A DNA stretch of 64,000 nucleotides from Bacillota bacterium (GCA_009784185.1 WRCD01000001.1:193698-257697); one strand, 5' to 3'. Counted from the stretch's first letter, positions 52,961 through 63,633 are shown. Program-made: numbers and translations. Notes: generated by a model from the letters alone, not told the origin.

Positions 52961-55900
52961 TTGACCAAAGAGGGGTTCTTTTCGGGCTTAACAGTGGTTA
53001 TATACAGTTTTGTTGCTGTATTTTCTTTGGTTGCAGTGGTTTTGGGCTGGACATGGGCTACCGGCGGATTTGATGAAGAGAATATTCCGGTTACAAGTTT
53101 ACAGTTTAGTGCCACATCGCTTTTTATTGACTCGGAGGATTCAAGCATTAGTGTTTTAGGGCTGCCCCAAGGCAGCGTAGAGCGGGACCTTTTGCTATGG
53201 GTAACGGACATGAACAACAACGAAGAGAATCCTGGCAGGGTGGTTTTAGACAAGACCGAGGTAAAAACGGGCGAAGCAATAAAAATTACACCGGTTGTTG
53301 CCGCTGACGGATTTAACATAGGGGGCATGGTTAAAATTTGGGCAAGAACATCGGACGGGCTTATGGCAACCACCACTCCGCTTATTGTGCACATAGACGT
53401 AAAAATAGAAAGCGTTGAACTTATATTGAGTACGGAGCCTACGCCCCGTATGCCAACCGACAAGGACCCCGGCAATATTATTGCCCCGAAAGATGATGTC
53501 TATAACTTTGTGGAAGGCGACTTCTTTTACGTTTCCGCAACTGTGTTTCCAATACGTGCGCTCCGTCCCTATGGTTTGACTAACAACATATATACAAAGC
53601 AGTTTAACTTTAAAACCTGGCCTGTAGGCGATAACAGCGCTTACGATACTTTGTTTAACGTCGGTGCATCAGCCGCATGGACTTATGATTATGCAAGCGG
53701 AAGGGTTACGGCCAGAGTTGATGTAATTGGAAGTGCTACCCAAGCGTGGAATGAAGCCATAACCGTTACAATCCCACGTACATTTAGGGCCAGGGATGAT
53801 GTTTGGGTGCCGGAAGGCGGCCAGCAAAATCCGCCGGATGATTGGGTAGCCGAAAGGTTTGCAAGCAATGAAGCAGAGCTTGCGGTTTTACCGATTGAAT
53901 TTGACAAGATTATTTTAAAGGACAGTACTTTAAACGGAGTACCTATAGATTTGGAGCAGGTTTCAATTGACCTGGACATATTTAAAGCCGTTAGTTTGTC
54001 TGCGTTGAGCATGAGTAACTGGTCGGTTGATAACATCTTGTATATATTAGGCGTGTTTTTACAACCGGTGCGCACCTCGCCGATTAATTCAAATCCGTTG
54101 GCTGAATATATTAATGACCTGGTTATTTCCGAGGTTCCGGCAAGCGGGCAGACCGGCTTGCTGCATATTTTAGCGGTTGATAATGTGCATTCCACTCCCG
54201 ATGCGGCAACACCAAACAAGGTGTGGACAATATCCGCTAACAAAACCGGAACAACCTGGCTGGAGATTTTTATTATAATTGGCGGGGTTGAGTCAACATT
54301 TAATATTCCGCTAACCGTATCTGATACAATTGCAGGACTTTCGTTTAATGCGTCCGGCTATGAACTGGAAATAGAAAAAAGCACATTTTTAGAAAATGAC
54401 CCCGAAGGCGACGGCAAGATAGAAGTGGAATATATAATAGAAGCAAACAGTCCGGGACTGCCGCTTGTGAATGCAAACGAGCACGTTTATCTTAACATAG
54501 TTTCGCAAGTTGTTGGCAAGCCGGTTTCGTACACTAAGTTGGTATATTTTGTTAAAGGGGCTGTAGACACAGACGGATTGGCTCAACCTGAAGTGCTGAC
54601 CAACGAACGAGGTGGTGCCATTATTGAAACCACTCAGTACGGACAAGTATTGTATATACAAAACAAAGGACTCAGCAATGCGGTATCGCATTACAGCACC
54701 TATGTCAGCCCGCTTAACAGCGGAACAGTAGAGTTGATGGCATTTTTGGTGCGCACCAACGAATTTGGACAAGCGGTGGACATTAATTATGAAGTGCTGC
54801 CCGAGGACTCCGACTGGGAAACTTATGAAGAGGCTAGTCTTGCCCCCGAAACGCATAAAGGCAAATTTGTTGTTGTTAGTGCAACCAGCAACAGCAGCCG
54901 CGACAGTGTTAATACAGGGCTGAGGATAACTGTTACCGAAAAACTTACCAATGCCGAGGTTTACGATTCTGACGGCACGGGTGCCAGCCCGTTGGGCAGC
55001 AACAAACTTATTATCGGCACCGGTCCTGGTAATACTCAAAAGTTTTACATAAAAGGCAACTCAATTGGCGCAATATACGATGCTACTGCACCGCGCGTTA
55101 ACGGTCTGCCTACATTTGGCTATACACTCAATCTGCCTAACAGCACCGGGCCGGGCGATTTGTATGTCAGTGACCCGAAAACAGAAAACAACCGCATTTG
55201 CCTCAGCATTACGGCATATAACGATTTTGGGGAGTTTCAATTAATTCTGTTTAACTTACAGAAAGATACAAGCGGTAATTACACCATAGCTCATCAGCTG
55301 GCAACTGTGTATCTGGAAACGGCAGATATAGCAATTGACGGTGTACAGGTTAACTCAGACCTTTTTAAAGAAGATTACAGTTCGTACACCGGTGTAAGAT
55401 ATTTAGATATAAGATATGAAATTCGTGATCCAAGCGAAAATGAGCTTAACATCCTAAAGCCTTCCTCCCCCGATACAAAACAGCCATATGTGGTAGACTG
55501 GTTTGCAATAGCCCCGGGCGGAAGCCCTAACACCTTGTTTGGTAATAGTAATATATTTGCTCCTATAGGTTATACGGGAACAAACGGGTATCAGCCAAGC
55601 TTCCCAAGCTGCAGGTTTGCGGCATATGAAATTCCGCAATCCGATATTGGCTGGCTTGCTGATGTTGAGAGCAATATTGCAAATATCACCGGCAGTGCAA
55701 ACGAAACAGAAATAGTGTCGTTTTATGATGATACCGACCCGGTAACGGGCATGCCAAAGTTTGCAATTATTCCAGACCCTGCGCGCGGGGGAGAAAAGGC
55801 GGTAATCTTTGTGCAGGCTGTGGCTAATGATACATTGAACAGCAGCGTATACGACTTCTTCCTGTTTGTAATTGATGAAATGCCCGAGGTTCAGTTTGAT

Positions 55901-56344
55901 GGCCTGACGCCAAACATACTGACTGGCGGATTGTTGAACGACGTTAAGATTTTGTGCAATGAGGCAAACCCCGGCTCCGGTTCCGTATACATTGGGCTTG
56001 ATGTAAGACTTGGTAATTACAAAGAAGCTGCAGGTGTGGGAGTCGGAATCGGAAGCTTAGACAAAGCTAAGCCCGGCTTTGCGGAGCTTATAGAAATTAA
56101 TTCTACAGGGGCGCTTGGTATAAAGGCTGAAGAAATTCAAGGAGGGGGAGGGCTGCGCAACACCTTGTCCCTGCGCTCCGGACAGACTATTGGCAGTTCG
56201 GGAGAGAGCATAACATTTGAGGTCTGGGTAACGCTGTTTGTTGGTTATAAGTATGTGCGCAACAACACAACGGGCAAATACGACCCCGTACCGGTGTTTA
56301 TAACATATAAGAGCGCTCTTGTTACATTACAAGTAACACAATGA
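52961..56344 (+). CDS. Large N-terminally anchored, beta-rich (Ig-like) envelope protein, 1127 aa
   Basis: TTG start with AAGGGGGA RBS and one N-terminal TM helix. The rest is T/S/N/V/G-rich and looks extracellular. No LPXTG, SLH or choline-binding motif seen. Confidence 0.8.
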   Translation: MTKEGFFSGLTVVIYSFVAVFSLVAVVLGWTWATGGFDEENIPVTSLQFSATSLFIDSEDSSISVLGLPQGSVERDLLLWVTDMNNNEENPGRVVLDKTEVKTGEAIKITPVVAADGFNIGGMVKIWARTSDGLMATTTPLIVHIDVKIESVELILSTEPTPRMPTDKDPGNIIAPKDDVYNFVEGDFFYVSATVFPIRALRPYGLTNNIYTKQFNFKTWPVGDNSAYDTLFNVGASAAWTYDYASGRVTARVDVIGSATQAWNEAITVTIPRTFRARDDVWVPEGGQQNPPDDWVAERFASNEAELAVLPIEFDKIILKDSTLNGVPIDLEQVSIDLDIFKAVSLSALSMSNWSVDNILYILGVFLQPVRTSPINSNPLAEYINDLVISEVPASGQTGLLHILAVDNVHSTPDAATPNKVWTISANKTGTTWLEIFIIIGGVESTFNIPLTVSDTIAGLSFNASGYELEIEKSTFLENDPEGDGKIEVEYIIEANSPGLPLVNANEHVYLNIVSQVVGKPVSYTKLVYFVKGAVDTDGLAQPEVLTNERGGAIIETTQYGQVLYIQNKGLSNAVSHYSTYVSPLNSGTVELMAFLVRTNEFGQAVDINYEVLPEDSDWETYEEASLAPETHKGKFVVVSATSNSSRDSVNTGLRITVTEKLTNAEVYDSDGTGASPLGSNKLIIGTGPGNTQKFYIKGNSIGAIYDATAPRVNGLPTFGYTLNLPNSTGPGDLYVSDPKTENNRICLSITAYNDFGEFQLILFNLQKDTSGNYTIAHQLATVYLETADIAIDGVQVNSDLFKEDYSSYTGVRYLDIRYEIRDPSENELNILKPSSPDTKQPYVVDWFAIAPGGSPNTLFGNSNIFAPIGYTGTNGYQPSFPSCRFAAYEIPQSDIGWLADVESNIANITGSANETEIVSFYDDTDPVTGMPKFAIIPDPARGGEKAVIFVQAVANDTLNSSVYDFFLFVIDEMPEVQFDGLTPNILTGGLLNDVKILCNEANPGSGSVYIGLDVRLGNYKEAAGVGVGIGSLDKAKPGFAELIEINSTGALGIKAEEIQGGGGLRNTLSLRSGQTIGSSGESITFEVWVTLFVGYKYVRNNTTGKYDPVPVFITYKSALVTLQVTQ

Positions 56345-56362
56345 AGCTGAAGGAGATAAAAC

Positions 56363-57103
56363 ATGACAGAGAAAAACAAAGCATCAACGGCAAAAGTGCC
56401 GGCAAAAAAATCGGCTGCCGTTTCAAATCCTGTACCTGAGCCTGCGGAGAGCCTTAAGCCAACGGTAGCTAAATATAAGCTGGAACCGAAAGAGAAAAAA
56501 TCAGGCGGCATAGATATGGAAGACCTGAGCGATGTAAGCTATGACAATCAGCTTGCATTGTTTAATGCTATTAAAAACATCTTTGGTTTGGCTAATGATA
56601 GCCAGTTTATGCAATATTATGAATCGGAGCAGGAATATTTTGCGGTTAAGCTGGAGGAAGTGGCAAACCTTGCGGTAGAAGGCAATGTGCCGGCAATGGA
56701 CTATCTGACTTTTGTATACAAGAAAGGCAAAGAGGATATGTTTGAGGTTGATTTAATCCGCGCACACCAATGGGGTCTCTTGGCTGTAGACGGCGGCAGT
56801 AAACTATCTACCGAGCGGCTCAGATTGTTTTTCTCGCCGGTATACGACTACGTTGAAAACAGCGAAAAAGCAGATGATGTTATAGATATTAATGAGCTGG
56901 ATGAAGAAAACGTTCTGCCGTTTATAGCAAGTAAAATGGCTGGGCTGGTGCTGGAGGAACTGGGAATAAGCTTACTTAGCATGAGCAGGCTTCCGCTTAT
57001 ATCGGACGGAAATGATAATGTGGAAGAATTTATGCGCAAGCTGGAATCTGCGCGAAACAAATGCTTTGAGCCGATGATGAGCTATTTGCTTATGGAAAAA
57101 TAA
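56363..57103 (+). CDS. Hypothetical protein, 246 aa, possibly one Sel1/TPR-like repeat
   Basis: GAAGGAG RBS, 18 nt after the upstream stop. LAVEGNVPAMDYLTFVYKKG..AHQWGLLAVDGG resembles Sel1. Confidence 0.75.
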   Translation: MTEKNKASTAKVPAKKSAAVSNPVPEPAESLKPTVAKYKLEPKEKKSGGIDMEDLSDVSYDNQLALFNAIKNIFGLANDSQFMQYYESEQEYFAVKLEEVANLAVEGNVPAMDYLTFVYKKGKEDMFEVDLIRAHQWGLLAVDGGSKLSTERLRLFFSPVYDYVENSEKADDVIDINELDEENVLPFIASKMAGLVLEELGISLLSMSRLPLISDGNDNVEEFMRKLESARNKCFEPMMSYLLMEK

Positions 57104-57116
57104 TAAATCCAATAAC

Positions 57117-57147
57117 GAAAAACCCCGCTTTAGCGGGGCTTTGTTTT
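57117..57147 (+). terminator. Intrinsic terminator
   Basis: AAAAACCCCGC-ttta-GCGGGGCTTTGTTTTT. Confidence 0.85.
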
Positions 57148-57173
57148 TATTATTAAGTTACAGTTCTATCTGT

Positions 57174-57220
57174 GAGATTGCTTCGTTTGAATTGCTCCGA
57201 AGACTGTCTCGCAAAGACAG
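57174..57220 (-). repeat. Family-3 element (partial, inverted)
   Basis: The reverse complement reads CTGTCTTTGCGAGACAG..CGGAGCAATTCAAACGAAGCAATCTC. Confidence 0.65.
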
Positions 57221-57228
57221 CGCGCTAG

Positions 57229-57513
57229 TTACTCAGAGTCGGCAGGGGCTTCTTTAAGCGCTTTTTCGTATTCGCCTAAAATTATGTCGCGGATAGATTC
57301 TCTGGTTTCGGTGTTGAGCGGATGAACGATGTCTTTAAACGCTCCGTCAGGTGTCTTGCGGCTTGGCATTGCAATAAACAAGCCCTGGGTGCCGTCAATT
57401 ATTTTAATGTCATGTACGGCAAAGCAGTCGTCTATAGTAATGCTGGCTACTGCCTTTAGTTTGTTGTCGTCCTTTTTTACAATTCTAATGCGCACGTCAG
57501 AGATTTTCATCAT
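57229..57513 (-). CDS. spoVG: Septation/sporulation regulator SpoVG
   Basis: MKISDVRIR......KLKA.ASIT.DDCF.VHDIK.I.G..GLF.AMPSRK.PDG.F.DI.HP.N. Confidence 0.95.
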   Translation of the reverse strand: MMKISDVRIRIVKKDDNKLKAVASITIDDCFAVHDIKIIDGTQGLFIAMPSRKTPDGAFKDIVHPLNTETRESIRDIILGEYEKALKEAPADSE

Positions 57514-57647
57514 GTCCTAATTTACCTTCCTCAAATTTAGTCTAAATTATCTTTAGCTGAACTAATTATACCCAAAAACCTGTTAAAAATCAAATATTTT
57601 AGCTAAGTTTTTTCACAACTTAAAAGACGTTTACATACAACAATTTT

Positions 57648-59018
57648 ATGAAAGAATTGAAAAAATGTCATAGAGTTCACTTTATTGGCATAGGCGGTGC
57701 AAGCATGAGTGCTCTGGCTAAGCTGATGCTTAGCAGAGGCCATGCGGTAAGCGGCTCCGATGCGGTGCGCAGCGGGAGCGTTAACAAGCTGATAAAGGCC
57801 GGAGCACGCATACGAATCGGCAGATACCTGCTGGGAGTGCATACTTCGGAGCTGGTGATATATACTGCGGCAATTGCCGGCGATAACCCGGATTTGGTGC
57901 TGGCAAAAAAGCTGAACAAGCCTATTATGGAACGTGCGGTTTTTTTAGCGGCTGTTGCTGCCGAATACAATAGCGTGGTTGCCGTTTCGGGCACTCATGG
58001 AAAAACTACCACTACAGCAATGCTGGCCGATATTTTAATTGCGGCGGGACTTAATCCCACCGTTCATCTGGGCGGACATTACTCCAAAATAGGCGGCAAC
58101 TTACATATAGGCGGGAAACAGGTTTTTGTAACCGAAGCGTGTGAGTTTAATAAGAGTTTTTTGCATATATTCCCCGGTATTGCTGTAATAACCAATATTG
58201 AGGCCGACCACCTGGACTGTTACGGTACATTTGATGAAATTGTGCGCGCATTTACTCAGTTTGCTCACCAAACAAAAAAAACCGTTGTTATTAATGCAGA
58301 TAGCCTGAAGCTTTCTAATTTTGTATCAAAAGCAGAAATTATTGACACCGGGCTGAGCTTAGACAATATGTTTTCTGCAGCGGGGCCGGCTTCGGACCGG
58401 GACGGAAATTTTTCATTTGACTTGTTTAACAAAAATAATAAGTTGTGCAGAATTAATCTGTCTGTTGCGGGCAGGTATCAGATTTATAATGCGCTTTCTG
58501 CGGCAGCTGCCGCATCAGCTCTCGGCGTAAAAGCTGAGATTATTGCTGCAGCGCTGGAGGCTTTTAGCGGAGTAGACAGACGGTTTCAGGAGATATATTA
58601 CGAAAACGGAATAAGAGTCATTCACGATTATGCGCATCACCCTACCGAGGTGCGGGCGGCACTTAGCGCAGCAGCTGCAAAAACAAGCGGCAAACTGTAT
58701 TGTGTTTTTCAGCCGCACACTTATACGCGCACCCGGAACCTTATGCAAGAATTTACGGCTTGTTTTTCGGAGGCCGATGTTTTGTATCTGGTTCCGACTT
58801 ATGCAGCAAGAGAGGCCGAAATACCCGGAGCCGGGGCACAGAATATGGCAGAGCAGATTAAAGATGTGGCGCAGGTTGCATTTTTTGAGCAGACCGACGA
58901 ACTTTGTCAGACATTAAAAAACAATATTACAAGCGGAGATACGGTAATATTTTTAGGTGCGGGAACAATTGACGGAATTGCAGACGAGTTTGCAAAATAC
59001 TTGCGCCAAACCCCTTGA
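57648..59018 (+). CDS. murC: UDP-N-acetylmuramate--L-alanine ligase
   Basis: HFIGIGG.SMSALA; GTHGKTTTT; Mur ligase C-terminal domain. Confidence 0.93.
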   Translation: MKELKKCHRVHFIGIGGASMSALAKLMLSRGHAVSGSDAVRSGSVNKLIKAGARIRIGRYLLGVHTSELVIYTAAIAGDNPDLVLAKKLNKPIMERAVFLAAVAAEYNSVVAVSGTHGKTTTTAMLADILIAAGLNPTVHLGGHYSKIGGNLHIGGKQVFVTEACEFNKSFLHIFPGIAVITNIEADHLDCYGTFDEIVRAFTQFAHQTKKTVVINADSLKLSNFVSKAEIIDTGLSLDNMFSAAGPASDRDGNFSFDLFNKNNKLCRINLSVAGRYQIYNALSAAAAASALGVKAEIIAAALEAFSGVDRRFQEIYYENGIRVIHDYAHHPTEVRAALSAAAAKTSGKLYCVFQPHTYTRTRNLMQEFTACFSEADVLYLVPTYAAREAEIPGAGAQNMAEQIKDVAQVAFFEQTDELCQTLKNNITSGDTVIFLGAGTIDGIADEFAKYLRQTP

Positions 59019-59078
59019 CTTATAGCCTGATTTATATTACAATGTGTTCTATATTTTAATTAAGGTGAGGCAAAAGTA

Positions 59079-59288
59079 ATGAAGAAGGAAATTCATCCAA
59101 ACTACCGCACCGTTAAAGTTGTTTGTGCCTGCGGCGAAGAGTTTGAAACAAAATCAACATACAAGTCGGACCTGATGAACATCGACATTTGCAGCAAGTG
59201 CCATCCGTTCTTTACCGGAAAGCAAAAACTGGTTGACACTGCCGGAAGAGTAGAAAAGTTTAACAAGCGTTACAAAATAGAAGAGTAG
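59079..59288 (+). CDS. rpmE: 50S ribosomal protein L31 (zinc form)
   Basis: [19 protein letters not shown]......ID.CS.CHPF.TGKQK.VDT.GRV.KF. Confidence 0.95.
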   Translation: MKKEIHPNYRTVKVVCACGEEFETKSTYKSDLMNIDICSKCHPFFTGKQKLVDTAGRVEKFNKRYKIEE

Positions 59289-59356
59289 CGCAGTTTTGTC
59301 TTGGTTGAAATAGGCGTACCGTGTTGGCGTCTATTTTTGTTTTAGAGGGAGGCAAA

Positions 59357-60226
59357 ATGGTGAAACTACATTCATCAGAGACGGAAAACTTTGGTGTATA
59401 CAGGACTGAAATAAATAATTTGTTTGCAAGGTTTCAGGTTGAACAAAGTGATGCCGATTTTTTGTTTTGTGATATTTTTGGCGTAACCAGACCGCGGCTT
59501 GCTATGATAAAAAGCATATCCGATAAGCAAAAGAAGCTGATGCAGAGATATGCGGCAAGACGCATTGCGGGCGAGCCGGTTCAATATATTATTGGGCATA
59601 CCGATTTTTACGGGACAAAAATTCTGGTAGACAAAAGAGTTATGATACCAAGGTACGACACCGAAATTCTGGTTAGTACGGCTGCCCGGTTTATCAACAA
59701 ACAAAGTGCACCTTATCTTAAGGTTCTGGACTTGTGTACAGGCAGCGGGGCAATTGCTATTGCTCTCCAGAAAAAGACCGGAGTTGTAATGACGGCCAGT
59801 GACATCAGCAAGCCGGCCTTACAGCTGGCGGGGAAAAATGCAAAGCTCAACAATGTTAAAGTTGAATTGGTGAAAAGCGATATGTTTAGAGCATTGTCCG
59901 GCCGGGAGTTTGACATGATTATTTCAAATCCGCCGTACATATCCGTGTCGGGGTTTAAAACGCTTAACAGAACCGTGCAGAAGCATGAGCCAAGGATTGC
60001 GCTTACAGATGAGGGCGACGGATATTTTTATTATCGTAAAATTGCGGGAGATGCGCACCGGTATCTGGTGCCGGGGGGGAGGCTTGTATTAGAGGTTGGA
60101 GCGGGTCAGGCAAAAGAGGTTGAGCGGCTGCTGAGGGCAAAGTTTGTAAGTCTTGAAATAATTAAAGACCTGCAGGGAATAGAACGTGTGGTTACGGGTG
60201 TTAAGCGCGGCAAGGAGTTGTATTAA
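59357..60226 (+). CDS. prmC: Release-factor glutamine N5-methyltransferase
   Basis: EP.QYI.G...F, DLCTGSG, NPPY. GGGAGG RBS before ATG 59357. Upstream of prfA. Confidence 0.9.
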   Translation: MVKLHSSETENFGVYRTEINNLFARFQVEQSDADFLFCDIFGVTRPRLAMIKSISDKQKKLMQRYAARRIAGEPVQYIIGHTDFYGTKILVDKRVMIPRYDTEILVSTAARFINKQSAPYLKVLDLCTGSGAIAIALQKKTGVVMTASDISKPALQLAGKNAKLNNVKVELVKSDMFRALSGREFDMIISNPPYISVSGFKTLNRTVQKHEPRIALTDEGDGYFYYRKIAGDAHRYLVPGGRLVLEVGAGQAKEVERLLRAKFVSLEIIKDLQGIERVVTGVKRGKELY

Positions 60227-61303
60227 ATGATAGACAAACTTGAAAACTATAAAAAACGAAACGACTTCCTGCTGGAAGAAATATCAAAACCGGAGATAAT
60301 ATCAAATCAGGCGGAATGGCTTAAGCTTGTAAAAGAGCAAGCAGGTTTAGTTGAATACGCCGGGGCATATGATAAGTATAAGCCGCTGCTTGATGCCAAA
60401 GCCTTTGCAGAAGAAGTGCTGAAATCTGAAACCGATGCGGAGATGCTGATGCTGGCAGAGGGTGAGCTTAATGAGTTAAATGAGAAACTTGATAAAATGG
60501 AAGAAGAAATAAAAGTTCTTCTTTTACCCAAAGACGAAAATGATGAGAGCAACGTAATACTGGAAGTGCGTTCGGGCGCGGGCGGAGATGAAAGCAGTTT
60601 GTTTGGAGCCGAATTACTTAGAATGTATACGCGATATGCGGAGCGCATGGGCTGGAAGGTAGAAGTTGCGGAATATAGCGAAACCGAGGTGGGCGGCCTG
60701 CGCGAGGGCGTAATAATTATCAAAGGCAAAGGAGCATACAAGCGGCTGAAGTTTGAGTCCGGAGTGCATCGTGTTCAGCGCGTGCCGGAAACCGAGAGCC
60801 AGGGGCGGGTGCATACGTCTACCAGTACCGTGGCAGTGCTGCCCGAGGCAGAGACTATTGATTTTGAAATTAAAGACACCGACTTAAAGATTGATACATA
60901 CCGCAGCGGCGGGGCAGGCGGGCAGCATGTTAACACGTCCGATTCGGCAGTGCGGATTACGCATTTGCCAACCGGTGTGGTGGTTGCCTGTCAGGATGAG
61001 CGCAGCCAGCTTAAGAATCGTGACAAAGCAATGGGAATACTTGCCAGCAAATTGAAAAACTTTTATCAGGAGCAGGCAGACAAAGAATACAGCAACAGGC
61101 GCAAGGTTCAGGTTGGGACAGGCGACAGGAGTGAACGCATTAGAACCTACAACTTTCCGCAGGGCCGGGTTACGGACCATAGAATTGGGTTAACCATGTA
61201 CAACATAGCAGACTTTATGGAAGGCTGTCTTGATGAGATGCTGAATGCGCTGCATACAGAGGATGTTAAACTGAAACTTGAAAATCTTGTTAATGAACAA
61301 TGA
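60227..61303 (+). CDS. prfA: Peptide chain release factor 1
   Basis: The RF1 tripeptide region appears as PETESQGRVHTS. Also GGQ in YRSGGAGGQHVN. Confidence 0.95.
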   Translation: MIDKLENYKKRNDFLLEEISKPEIISNQAEWLKLVKEQAGLVEYAGAYDKYKPLLDAKAFAEEVLKSETDAEMLMLAEGELNELNEKLDKMEEEIKVLLLPKDENDESNVILEVRSGAGGDESSLFGAELLRMYTRYAERMGWKVEVAEYSETEVGGLREGVIIIKGKGAYKRLKFESGVHRVQRVPETESQGRVHTSTSTVAVLPEAETIDFEIKDTDLKIDTYRSGGAGGQHVNTSDSAVRITHLPTGVVVACQDERSQLKNRDKAMGILASKLKNFYQEQADKEYSNRRKVQVGTGDRSERIRTYNFPQGRVTDHRIGLTMYNIADFMEGCLDEMLNALHTEDVKLKLENLVNEQ

Positions 61304-61411
61304 CCGGTAATTTTATTCCAGCTTTTCGTTATTAAATGTTCAATGTTGATTGTAATGTTTGCTATTTTTTTTGTTTTGATTTAAACTAAGCAGAAGGGGA
61401 TAGGGTGAAAA

Positions 61412-62680
61412 ATGAATTATAACCCACAGCAGCAACAAGCGCTTAAAAAGAAAAGCTACCTGTGGCTTTTTGTTGCAGTGCTGGCCGCATTGCTTGTAGT
61501 TAACATTGCCGGCGATACCGTCAGTAAAATGTTCGGCAGTTTAATGGCCGGGCTTGTACCGGTTATTGCAGCTGTGATTCTGGCTGTTGTGCTTCTTTCG
61601 CCAATGAACTGGATTGAGAGGGTCTGGTTTAAAAAGCTGTTTGTAAACGACCCCGGAGCACTTGGCAAGAAAAGGGCGCTGTCTTTAGCAATACTTTACA
61701 CAATTGTGGTAATTGGGGCAGGGCTTTTTCTGTGGCTTGCAATTCCAAACTTAATTAATCTGGTTCAGCTTTTATACAACAATATAACCGACGGCACTTA
61801 TATAATTATACTTAAGGATGCCTTAATAAGCATTGTTGAATCGTTTGGTTTTATGAACGGTGAAGATGCAATTGTGGTTGTTGGCGGCTGGATAGACGAT
61901 TTTGTTCAGAACATAGCCGACCAGGTGCCTACATTGCTTACCGGAATGTTAAACACCTTAACCAACGTTATAGGTATTGTGCTGAGCGTGGCGTTAGGTG
62001 TAATTCTAAGCTTGTTTCTGCTTAAGGATAAAGAAAAAATTTCGGCAATTTGCAGACGGTATACTTACGCATATAATCCAAGACAACGAGCGGATGACAT
62101 TGTTGGCATTGCCGCAAGAACAAACACAGTGCTGAAAGAATTTGTTGTGAGCAACGTGATAATTTCGGCAGTGTTGTATGTCGTAACATATGCGGGGCTT
62201 TTAATTATAGGCGCGCCCAGCCCTGGCTTTATGGCGCTGTCTATGGCACTATTTAACATAGTTCCTTATATTGGGGGTATTGCGGCAACCGTACTTATAG
62301 GTACATTAACTCTTGTTATGGTTTCGCCTTCTGCGGCGCTGCTTGCTACTCTGTTTGCGTTTGCTGCATGGGCGCTTGTTGTATCTGTGGTGCCGCCGAT
62401 TGTGTTTAAGCACCGGTTGAAACTGAGTATTGGAGTGGTATTGTTTTCGCTTGTAGTAGGCGGTGCGCTGTTTGGCATATGGGGAATGATTATTGCTATG
62501 CCGCTGGTTGCCGTTGGGCAGACTGTTTTAAAACAGCGCCTTGAAAAGCGTGAAGCGGCAAATGCCGGCAATGGCGGCAGTGTAATAAAAGTGACTGAGG
62601 TGCCCGTAACGGTGCTGGAAACAACACCGGTAAAAAGGAAGAAAGATGGAAAAAAAGTTGACGATATTCAGCGGGATTAA
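61412..62680 (+). CDS. AI-2E (PerM/UPF0118) family transporter
   Basis: About 8 TM segments; N.VPYIG..A motif typical of the family. Confidence 0.75.
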   Translation: MNYNPQQQQALKKKSYLWLFVAVLAALLVVNIAGDTVSKMFGSLMAGLVPVIAAVILAVVLLSPMNWIERVWFKKLFVNDPGALGKKRALSLAILYTIVVIGAGLFLWLAIPNLINLVQLLYNNITDGTYIIILKDALISIVESFGFMNGEDAIVVVGGWIDDFVQNIADQVPTLLTGMLNTLTNVIGIVLSVALGVILSLFLLKDKEKISAICRRYTYAYNPRQRADDIVGIAARTNTVLKEFVVSNVIISAVLYVVTYAGLLIIGAPSPGFMALSMALFNIVPYIGGIAATVLIGTLTLVMVSPSAALLATLFAFAAWALVVSVVPPIVFKHRLKLSIGVVLFSLVVGGALFGIWGMIIAMPLVAVGQTVLKQRLEKREAANAGNGGSVIKVTEVPVTVLETTPVKRKKDGKKVDDIQRD

Positions 62681-63632
62681 GCCAAGCGGCAGATTTACAC
62701 TGGGCAACTATATCGGCGCCGTTAAAAACTGGCAGGAGATGCAGAGCCGTTACAACAGCATTTTTTCGGTTGTGGATTTGCATGCGCTTACAGTGGACAT
62801 TAATCCAGACGAGCTAAGAGAAAACATTTATGCTGCAATTGCTAATTTAATTGCCTGCGGACTGGACCCAAACAAAAGCACCATATATTGCCAATCACAT
62901 ATAAGCGGGCACGCCGAGCTTGGCTGGCTGTTAAACTGCATAACATGGTTTGGCGAAGCCGGGCGTATGACACAGTTTAAGGATAAGAGCCGAAAAGGCG
63001 CACAAGTGTCGGTGGGCTTGTTTGATTATCCGGTACTGATGGCGGCGGATATAATGCTTTTTGATGCGGCATTGGTCCCAATAGGCGAGGACCAGCGGCA
63101 GCACGTAGAGCTAAGCAGGACGCTGGCGGTAAGATTTAACAACAAATACGGGAACACTTTTGTTGTGCCGGAGGGATACTTTCCTAAGCTTGGCGCAAAA
63201 ATTTATGATTTGCAGGAACCGACTAAAAAAATGAGCAAGTCAGATGCGGATGCAAGCGGATGTGTTCTTCTGGAGGACAGTCCGGAGGTAATCAGGAGCA
63301 AAATTAAGCGTGCGGTTACCGACAGTGACGGTAAGATAGTTTTCAGTAAAGACAAGCCGGGTGTAAGCAACCTGCTTACCATTTATTGTACGTTAACCAA
63401 TAAAACTCCCAAACAGGCCGAGGAGTATTTTGGCGGTAAGGGATACGGTGCGCTAAAGAACGAAGTGGCAGATGCGGTAATTGCAACTCTGGCCGAACCC
63501 CAGGAGATTTTTAAGAGGCTTATGAATGATAAGGCCGAATTGGATAGGCTTGCAAAGCTTGGTGCGGAAAAGCTGCAAAAACAGGCCTGCGCAAAGCTGG
63601 CGGTTGTAAAGCAAAAGATGGGACTGATTTAA
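62646..63632 (+). CDS. trpS: Tryptophan--tRNA ligase
   Basis: SGIKPSG..TLGNY.GA (HIGH region), KMSKS at KKMSKSD. Overlaps the upstream gene by 35 nt. Confidence 0.95.
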   Translation: MEKKLTIFSGIKPSGRFTLGNYIGAVKNWQEMQSRYNSIFSVVDLHALTVDINPDELRENIYAAIANLIACGLDPNKSTIYCQSHISGHAELGWLLNCITWFGEAGRMTQFKDKSRKGAQVSVGLFDYPVLMAADIMLFDAALVPIGEDQRQHVELSRTLAVRFNNKYGNTFVVPEGYFPKLGAKIYDLQEPTKKMSKSDADASGCVLLEDSPEVIRSKIKRAVTDSDGKIVFSKDKPGVSNLLTIYCTLTNKTPKQAEEYFGGKGYGALKNEVADAVIATLAEPQEIFKRLMNDKAELDRLAKLGAEKLQKQACAKLAVVKQKMGLI

Positions 63633-63633
63633 A

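Noticed and set aside
60073-60079. G7 run inside prmC
   Set aside because: It is a short run encoding Pro-Gly-Gly in a housekeeping gene with an intact frame. Nothing suggests a contingency locus.
62600-62680. T-box leader upstream of trpS
   Set aside because: The trpS start overlaps the upstream permease gene by 35 nt, so there is no room for a leader.
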